This document shows, one piece after another, positions 55,993 to 64,000 of a DNA stretch of 64,000 bases. The DNA comes from Octopus vulgaris (lineage: Eukaryota). Position numbers and translations under genes: made by a program. The stretch is taken from positions 35,154,001 to 35,218,000 of the forward strand of contig OX597821.1 of NCBI GenBank assembly GCA_951406725.2, read 5' to 3'. Within the stretch, counting starts at the first letter, position 1, and each line of letters begins with the position of its first letter. Under the pieces are notes generated by a model that was not told where the DNA came from, did no database searches, and saw only the letters and a list, made by a program, of their open reading frames with translations.

Positions 55993-57569
55993 TCTTTATG
56001 GATGGCATTCGGGGAAAACGCTTTTATGCTTGGGAAACAAGGTAAAACGAAATTTTTGCTGATAATTTCCGTCCAGTATTGTGTTTTTCACTGATGTGGA
56101 AATTACGAACCGGGAAGTACTTGGAAGTATGTATGCCTTCCTTGAGAACGAACAAATAATACTCGACGAACAAAAACAGCAGACGAGACGTAACAAAAAC
56201 AGCAGACGAGAAAGATTAATTTCTGATTGACTGAAGCTATTTTGAAAATTTATAAGGGTAGACATTAGATTAGCAATGGCATGGATAGTCTATAACAAAG
56301 GCTTACGAAATTGTTCGTTATTCTTGGATACTGGAATGAAGGAAAATGTTCTGTTTATCTGTTTAGGTAATAACATAACAGATTTCCTCAGAAGTAATAT
56401 TCACTATGTAAGAGAAAATTGACAACGCCGGGAGAGTTGCTGAGAGAAGTTGAAGAAAAGCGATTTCCATGTGATAGTGTATTCCCTTATTGCTTGTATA
56501 GGGGATGTTACCGATAACAGGGATTTTGCGAAAGACATGAAAAGAAAGAAAAAACAATTTAAAATCAACCGACTTTTGTTTATGGATGGTCTTAAGTTGC
56601 TAGAGAAGAGCGGGAACTGTTAATTTACTTAGAAATGACACAGGAATGGAATTCAAGATAAAGAAGTGTGGTATACTTATAGAAAGAAAAAAAAAACAGG
56701 ATGGATGGTGTAAGCAGATGGAATAGTGTTGGCGAGGTAATGAAGGGAATAATTGAGAATACTACAAGCCGGTAGTGCCAAAGAGACTGAATGGAAGGAA
56801 CTATTTGGAAAATAACACCAAAGAAAGTTAAAATTAGATTTAAAGACAAAGTTAAATGTACGAAATATGATATTAGCAATAAATACATGGACGGTATCAG
56901 TGATGAGGTATGTGAAACAGGGATAGTAAAATGCAATAGAAATAAAACTTCAGAGGCTACACAGAGATGAGGAAAGCGATGACAACTCATGAAGGATTAC
57001 ACGCGTAAAGTGATATTCTAAGACTGGAAAAATAAAGATAAATTGATAAATTGTGTGAGAGGTATAAGAAGTAAAGAAAATCTGGGACAGTATGTAGCTA
57101 ATAGTTCAGAATTGTCGTTGGTTGATGTAAAAGCCTCAGTAACAGAGACTGCAGACTACATTGATAAGGATTACTATATGGTTATAAGAAAAGAAGACAA
57201 AGGCTCATTGTTGTGTGCTGCGTAAAGTACGGATAGTTTGTCAGAGATATGAGTAAGAGTGCGGATAAGCAAGCGACATGAGAATGAGTGTGAAAGTCAG
57301 ACCTAAAGTTTGGAAGTGATGCATTCATCTAAGATGCACCAGAACAAGTACTTAGAACAAACTATGTGAAATATCACATCAATAAGTATAATGAACCATC
57401 ATTAAGTAGACTAAAGCATTATTCATATAGTAAACGAATGAAATAACTTGCTCAACTAAAATAGATAAGGGGATGGGTCAATATTTGGATGCATCGTTCA
57501 TTATATAGAAAATTTAATTCGTGTAGAGCTAATAGGTGATACGAACATCAACTTTTCGCCGTGGGTTAT

Positions 57570-57782
57570 TGGTTTCAACTTTTAGCACAGGTGCAGCAAG
57601 TGGGAGGGGATAAACCGATTAGTTCGACTCCAGTGTGCTATTTGTATATATTTTATCGACTCCGAAAGGATGAAGAGCAAAGTTGAACGCGGCAAAATTT
57701 TAACTCTGAGAGTAAAGACGGAGGAAATGCTGCTAAGCATTTTGCCCGGCGTGCTAACGATTCTGCTGGAATGCCACCTTAA
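57570..57782 (-). mobile_element. Degraded SINE family A
   Basis: TTTTATCGACTCCGAAAGGATGAA..GCCCGGCGTGCTAACGATTCTGC. Confidence 0.8.
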
Positions 57783-58867
57783 TGCAGAGGTATATTAACA
57801 AGTTAATAATGCGCAGTGAGACTTCAAATGAAATAAATGAGATGAGATGACATTGTTGACGTTAGCAAAATAAATAAATAAATAAATAAATAACAAATAA
57901 AAATAAAATGTTGCACAATAATTGACAAAGCATTTCTATAATGACATAGCGTTTCTAAAATGTGTAAAAATGAACAAGACTGAGAAATATTCAAATCTGA
58001 AAATTTGCAAGGATGTAGTGCTTAAGAAATGTTGAAATTGTGCCCGTGGTTGTAGACACTTTTTGTACAATCTCTAAGAAGATGAAATCATGGATAAAGA
58101 ATTGAACAGAACTATTGTAGACAACCACATTACTGTGATGTGAACCAGAAAGATCATAAGAAAAAATGTTCGAAAACTGATGAAAGAATCTTAAAGAATT
58201 TTTGGTCATTGGTCATGACTTGAGTTGTAAAAAACAACACAAGATCTATGTGCAATACAGATGATGGTAAAACTAAGAAGAAGAACTAAAAGACATTAAA
58301 AGTTTTTTTTATAACTTTGTTGCTACATAATGATACATTTTGTAACTGTTATAGAAACTGTAGAGATTCATTCCGATAGATCTGTGACACAGAAAATTTT
58401 TTGTGGCTCGTATTTATGATAAATTCTTGCTAAAAGTTGCTATCATCAGAGAGGACATTCCAATAGAGATATTTGAACTATATAAACTAAATTTTACATT
58501 CAGATAAGGATGCAACGAAAAATAGCAACGTAAAAACGAAACAAAACAAACAAGGCAGTCTGAAAAGTCAAACAGAATCTAAACGATAGCATAACCAAGA
58601 ACAGAAACTTGTATTTTTAAATACATATTCCTATAAACATTTCCTATATAGAGTCGTCATTAAACGCAAGAACAAAATTTGAAAAACCATCTCTTTATTT
58701 TATTCCTATTTTATTTATATTGATAAAATATTATTTTATTTCACGAGATTTGTTTGCTTTGGAACTTTTACTAAACAGCTGGCGGCACTTATTTATGTAA
58801 TAATATATTTTACTAACAATTTTATTTTATATTTTATACCTACTATTGATGATCAATAATTTTATAG

Positions 58868-58914
<47 letters not shown>

Positions 58915-58915
<1 letters not shown>

Positions 58916-59054
58916 CACGTGTCACGTCACGTGATATATATATGTGTCACGTGACCGACCAGGCTATCAGATGTTGCTACACATCGCTGGTCACAATGCG
59001 CTTCGCATTGTTTTAGCCTTCAAATGACGCCACCCCGCTGGCTAAGCGAGCAGG

Positions 59055-59058
<4 letters not shown>
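58915..59058 (-). mobile_element. Solo type-2 SINE/LINE tail within (TA)n
   Basis: Reverse complement of 52792-52911. Confidence 0.85.
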
Positions 59059-59105
<47 letters not shown>

Positions 59106-59203
59106 GTGTATATCTAATGTAGGATAAAGTCATGTGCTCATGACTTTGTGTTTGCTTCTTCCATGGGTATGAGTAAGTAATTCATTTATTTCTTTGCCGC
59201 ATT

Positions 59204-59256
59204 TATCACTGACGAAGGGAGGGTTCTTATGAACTAACCCTGAAATCGGTCTGATA
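59204..59256 (+). ncRNA. Minimal type-I hammerhead ribozyme motif, intact core, GUC site
   Basis: UAUCA-CUGACGA-AGGG(AG)GGUUC.UUAU.GAACU(AA)CCCU-GAA-AUCGGU-C-UGAUA; lies in a ~290-bp block (59115-59408) flanked by (TA)n. Confidence 0.75.
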
Positions 59257-59828
59257 TGGTAATAACGGAATTTTTTAGAAATTTCTGTCGACCTTTTTCG
59301 AGTAGCGTGCTTATTGTGATAAATTATATAGTTATAGACAATGTGTCTAATTTCGGCATATTTGGCATTAGAAATTTTTTCGTTTGCCCTCATTTATAAG
59401 TTGTTTATATATATATATATATTTATTTATTTATATACAGTATCCGTTTTAGTAGTAATGGTGTTGGTGGCAGTTGTGATTGTACTCGTGCTGGTGGTAA
59501 TGGCGCAGAGGTCTTAGCTACAATAATCTCGCTCACTTTCCATGGATAAATCAGCTCCATGTGTCGTGCGTTTTTATTTATACTGAACTGCAAAAGAAAC
59601 GCGTATTTTCAAGTGTCAGTTTTATGTGGTAAATTCTGAAAATTCATTTCGGGGATGTAAGTGAAAATATTTCAAGGTTTATGGCTGAGACCCAAATTGC
59701 TGGTAACTTTCAACTTGAATGCCGGCAAACAGTTGTCATGAAAACTGATATGCACGTACATCTCGTGGAGATTATGGAAATAAAAATCACCTTGAGCTAC
59801 GTTCCTGGCATTCGAAATGTGTCCACCA

Positions 59829-60206
59829 TGATATCTGGCCTTGCCGTGTTGAACTTTTTCAAGTTCCACCTAAAAAGAAAGTTGGGGCTAGAGAGAAGGT
59901 GTCTATCAGAATGCATGTTCAAAAAAAGATGGATGCGTGTTGCGTGGATGCTGGGTGTGAAAGGCCCTGCGTGAACACGCTATAAGGACTGCCGGGGGTG
60001 TCAGCTGACAAGGCAGGGCTGGTGGGGTCGGCAAACCTGTCTTTTAAGCTTCATGTGTCCTCCTATGTCTGTTATGTAAATTGTGTCACATTCGTTATTC
60101 CATTCGCATAAATTTTCAGTTTCATAACCTTCGTTTTTACATGACCCCAAAGATCATGTAGTACTGTCCCCTTCTATGTGTAGCCCCTTGTGTGCAATAA
60201 AGAAGT
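59829..60206 (+). mobile_element. 5'-truncated L1/Tx1-like LINE 3' end with 20-bp TSD
   Basis: TSD CATTCGAAATGTGTCCACCA at 59809-59828 and 60207-60226; ORF end FFKFHLKRKLGLERRCLSECMFKKRW; UTR ends AATAAAGAA. Confidence 0.8.
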
Positions 60207-60699
60207 CATTCGAAATGTGTCCACCAAGAGTTAGTGTCGTTATTAACGGTCAGTGTCGTTTGTTTGTATATTACAGTTGTTGAATTGTTGAGTATTGTTA
60301 CTGTATCTGTTTAATACACCGTTGTTTTACTGCTTCGTGGCGGTGTTGTTATCATTTTCCCCTTTTTTAGGTGGGGAAGCGCTTTTGGTATAACATAAAT
60401 ACTGGTTGTGAAAGGTTAAGTCTTTCTGACGTGGATTTGTTGGAGAGTGAATTAATGGAATTCTTGGATAACACAAAAGGTGGAGCTGTCAAATGGAAAA
60501 AGCATAATAAATGTTAACAAGAAAAGTATAAAATATTTTGCGTTACGGCCGTCGTTTCGAAAGAGGAGTCAAAATGTGAAATGCAGGGTTTAAAGAAGTT
60601 CAATGACCTGTTTAAAAGAAGGGGCACGTAATTGAGCTGCCCCCTCTTCGAAGAGTTACTCAGGATACGGTGACGAAAACAATAATATTTAAAACGTTT

Positions 60700-61375
60700 A
60701 TAGTCAAAGAGAAAAAAATAGATGTGAGAACAATGACCCAAATCGAAAGGTTCTTGGGACCCATCTGGTCAGAAATTACGTAGCTGGCCAGGTGTAACAA
60801 ATATGCTTCGGTAGAAGTGTGGTTTCAAACAGAGGAAATAGCCAGGCAACACTCCATATCCCTACTGAAGACGGATGAAATGACTATTCTTGGAAGGCGA
60901 ACTTCCAGAGTAAGGGTCCAAGAAACCCCACCAGAGGTGGATGTTGTCTGGCTGGTAGCGGCGATAAGATTCGGCTCAGAGGAGAGGATAACAATCCAAG
61001 CATCAAGATTACCAAAGCAAAACTGGCTAGAGCAAAGGCTGGAGACGATCATCCAGGGTGACCCGGAGGACATAGAGATTATTATGCACACTATATTGGT
61101 GGGTGACAAGAGATTAAGGGTAGTGGTGGAGGGCAGAAAGCCTCGATGTTTCATGTGTGGCCAGAAAGGCCACCTAACTGCATAATGCTCACCATAATGC
61201 CCACCTCCCGCAAAACACCGATGGTACCTCCATGGGTGAAGGAAACCGTACCACCTCCTCATACGGCGACAAATACAGAGACGAAGGAGAAATGTGAGGA
61301 GAAAGAGATAAAGGCACCAGAAGAGAACAAATTGACCAACGTCCCGAAGAGGAAAAGGAGAAAGAGGAGGAATGA
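60700..61375 (+). mobile_element. L1/Tx1-like ORF1 (gag-like) remnant with zinc knuckle
   Basis: ILVGDKRLRVVVEGRKPRCFMCGQKGHLTA* (CX2CX4H, last Cys lost), followed by a Pro/Lys-rich tail. Confidence 0.7.
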
Positions 61376-62360
61376 CCACTCCATGAAGTCATCCACCTGC
61401 AACACCAGCGTGTCAGCTTGCATGACCATTGGCACTGGACAGTGACCCATCAGCGACGACACGGTACGACGTCAACTGACCGCCAACAACCTGCGTTGTG
61501 GAGGCACATGGCCTAGTGGTTAGAGCAATGAACTTGCGGTCGAGGGATCGCGGGTTCGAATCTCAGACCGGGCGATGAGTGTGTTTATGAGCGAAACACC
61601 TAAGCTCCACGCGGCTCCGGCAGAAGGTAATGGCAACACTTCTGCTGACTCTTTCGCCACAACTTTCTCTCACTCTTTCCTCCTGCATCTTGCAGCTCAC
61701 CTGCGACGGACCGGCGTCCCGTCCAGGTGGGGAACCTATACGCCAAGAAACCGGGAAACCGACCCTTATGAGCCAGGCATGGCTCGAGAAGGAACAAAAA
61801 ATAACAACAACAACAACCTGCTCGAGAGCCAGTCCTCATCATCCGCTACCGTCTGGCACAACTACAGTGGGCTACACAACATCAACATTGGCAGCATCAA
61901 CGATGGAGGTCGATAGTCTTCTCTGACGAGAGCCGGTACTGCATTTTCATCTCGGCTGGCAGAATGAGGGTGTGGTGTTGGAGGGATGAACACTACAGAG
62001 ACGCATGTGTCATGGAGAAACCTCACATCGTCTCCTTCTTTGCGCGTCACCATAGCCATCATGATAATGCTCCTTCCCACACGACCAGAGTCACCATGGT
62101 CTTCCTGCGTGAGCACAACATCAGAACCATGCCATGGCCGGCTGTCATCCCGGATTTGAACCCAATTGAACACCTTTGTGATGAAATCCAGAGACGGGTG
62201 AACCAGGTGGTCCCAAGGCAGATACTCGTGTGATACTGGAGAAAGCTTTCCTAAGGGTGTGGGCTCAGGTGGCAATGGCTTTTGTGACCCACCTCATGCA
62301 CTCCATGTACCGACGGTGTATAGCCGTTTTGAATACCCAAGGAGGGCATATACGGTATTG
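61376..62360 (+). pseudogene. Tc1 (DD34E) transposase remnant, internally deleted and SINE-interrupted
   Basis: ISDDTVRRQL, WRSIVFSDESR, HDNAPSH..PDLNPIEHL (34 residues between D and E), SMYRRCIAVLNTQGGHIRY*. Confidence 0.9.
61495..61810 (+). mobile_element. SINE family C, tail type 3, 11-bp TSD
   Basis: TSD CAACAACCTGC at 61484-61494 and 61811-61821; near-identical to 55267-55579. Confidence 0.94.
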
Positions 62361-62419
62361 AATATGTCATGTCCTACACACACACAAACAAACAAACACA
62401 CACACACATACAGTTGACA

Positions 62420-62560
62420 TTTACAGAAAATCAAAAGACTAAGACAGAGGTATAAACAACAAGTATGTGTATTAGTTTGACGCTTTACCATTCGAGCCGA
62501 CACTCTTCAGCAGAAAGAAATAAGAGAAAATTTACGGAGAGAGAATAAAAAAGCTTGTGT
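62420..62560 (-). mobile_element. Diverged copy of the 50560 Penelope-like repeat with decayed hammerhead (62483-62517)
   Basis: CUUU-CUGCUGA-A-GAGU.GUCG.GCUC-GAAU. Confidence 0.5.
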
Positions 62561-62645
62561 GTATGTATATATACCTACCTACATACATATATATATATAT
62601 ATGGCAGTGCATCAGCATGGCCGCAGCTCTGAGCTGAAACTAGAG

Positions 62646-62726
<81 letters not shown>

Positions 62727-64000
62727 GACAAGCTTCTTTCAATTTATGGCTAACAAATCCGCTCACAAGGCTCTGGTCGGCCCGGAGATATAGCAGAAGA
62801 CAGGTATCAAATGTGTGTGTGTGCATGTGTATGTATATGTGTGTGTGTAGGTGTGTGCGTCTGTAGGAGAATGTTTTTCTTTTAATTCAAACGAATTAGT
62901 TTAATATAAAAGTTATTCAGTGATCTTCCATGGGCTTTGACATATTGGTCTAATCAATAATACAAAAATATAATAATAATAATTCAAAGTACCCCAATGG
63001 AAGTGTCAGCTGAAGACTTCCTGTGGGCTTCCTGTAGACGTCCTGTAGAGAAACAATTTAACAGAACGGCTAAGTGCTGATATCAATCTGATAGCAATTT
63101 TTACACGAATTAATTACACTGACGCTGTTTATTGGAGCCAAAAGAAAATTGGTACCGTTATGAATGCAGTCGCAAAATATATTTTGGATATTTGATGCGT
63201 TGCCCATTCTGTTAATAATTATTTCGTCTATTTCGTTATTTTTTGTCGTTTGTAAACATGGGTAAAATTACCTGCCAAATTAGACTCTTGAATAAAGAAA
63301 TAAACAAACAAGTTAATAAATAAATAACTATTATAAGACTGACCGAATGGAGCACTTGGTAGAAATACTAGAGGGAAAAGATCGCGTATGATATCGCCTG
63401 ACTTGCTAAAACTGACAGCTAAATTTTTCCTCGAAACATACCTTATTGTTTTCAATGCGGAAGACCAGTTATGTGAAAGCATTCCTACATATGTTTGAAA
63501 GAAAGTAAATTGGCACTATCATAATTAGAATTAGAATAACTTTGATCATTAAGTAAAGTAAGATTCGAGAATCCGAAGAAACTGGAGAAGGTCTGTGTCA
63601 GTAAGAATAAACTCAAGAAGATGTCACGCGGGATATTTAATTTCAATTGGTGTGTGAGATTAAAATGTTTTCCTCTTCTGGTCCTTCTTCAAAAGTAATT
63701 AGAAATATACAAAGCAGTTTGTTTGTTCGGTTGACAGTAAAGGTCTGCCGGAAGAGAACTGTCAACAAAAACCAAACAATAACTAGTAAACATGAAACGA
63801 GGTCATCTGCTGGATTTTTACTCGAGTCGAAAACCAATGATTTATGTATTACTAAGCATATATCTATATGTTGCATATGTAAAATAGAAAGACTGAAATA
63901 CAAAAATATGAATTAGGCTGTCTGGAGAGAAACCTACGATACTTTCTATATTCGGCATTTGGCTTCTGAATAATTAAAAAAAATAACATAAATTGTTTAA

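Larger units (their letters stand above)
55140..58290 (+). mobile_element. Long decayed Dong/R4 LINE (RT through RLE) interrupted by three SINEs
   Basis: SDGVEGF.VKK, DNFRPVLCFSLMWKL, LAMAWIVYNK, INRLLFMDGLKL (cf. INHLLFMDDLKL), GMEFKIKKC, VEIVPVVV; many stops and frameshifts. Confidence 0.8.

Noticed and set aside
63228-63482. ORF with a GPCR TM7-like stretch (NSYLFINLFVYFF)
   Set aside because: The hydrophobic run derives from an ATTT/TTTG low-complexity tract, and no upstream transmembrane helices are in frame.

Overview
AT-rich eukaryotic DNA packed with repeats. The SINE families and microsatellite load point to an octopus (coleoid cephalopod) genome; that is inference from recognising the repeats, not a database result. 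I find no host protein-coding gene I can support. Nearly all listed ORFs are microsatellite read-throughs or transposon remnants. The window holds four tRNA-derived SINE families (many copies, several with clean target-site duplications) and decayed LINEs: Dong/R4 (clustered in (TAA)n tracts), RTE, CR1/L2-group, L1/Tx1-like and Penelope-like. It also holds mariner, Tc1 (DD34E) and possible Merlin transposase remnants, several MITEs (one carrying TTAGGG repeats) and two nearly identical inverted non-autonomous Helitrons. Main observations: (1) about ten minimal type-I hammerhead-ribozyme motifs from at least five apparently unrelated short repeat families, mostly next to (TA)n; two have intact cores and one family carries an apparent G3-C8 swap of the core pair. 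(2) A TSD-bounded L1/Tx1-like LINE 3' end whose last 40 nt match the tail of the dominant SINE, pointing to its mobilising partner. (3) A (TAA)n-targeted Dong/R4 pile-up. (4) Head/tail shuffling among SINEs, including a dimer that moved as a unit. All alignments and folds were done by eye, so the edges of degraded elements are approximate.
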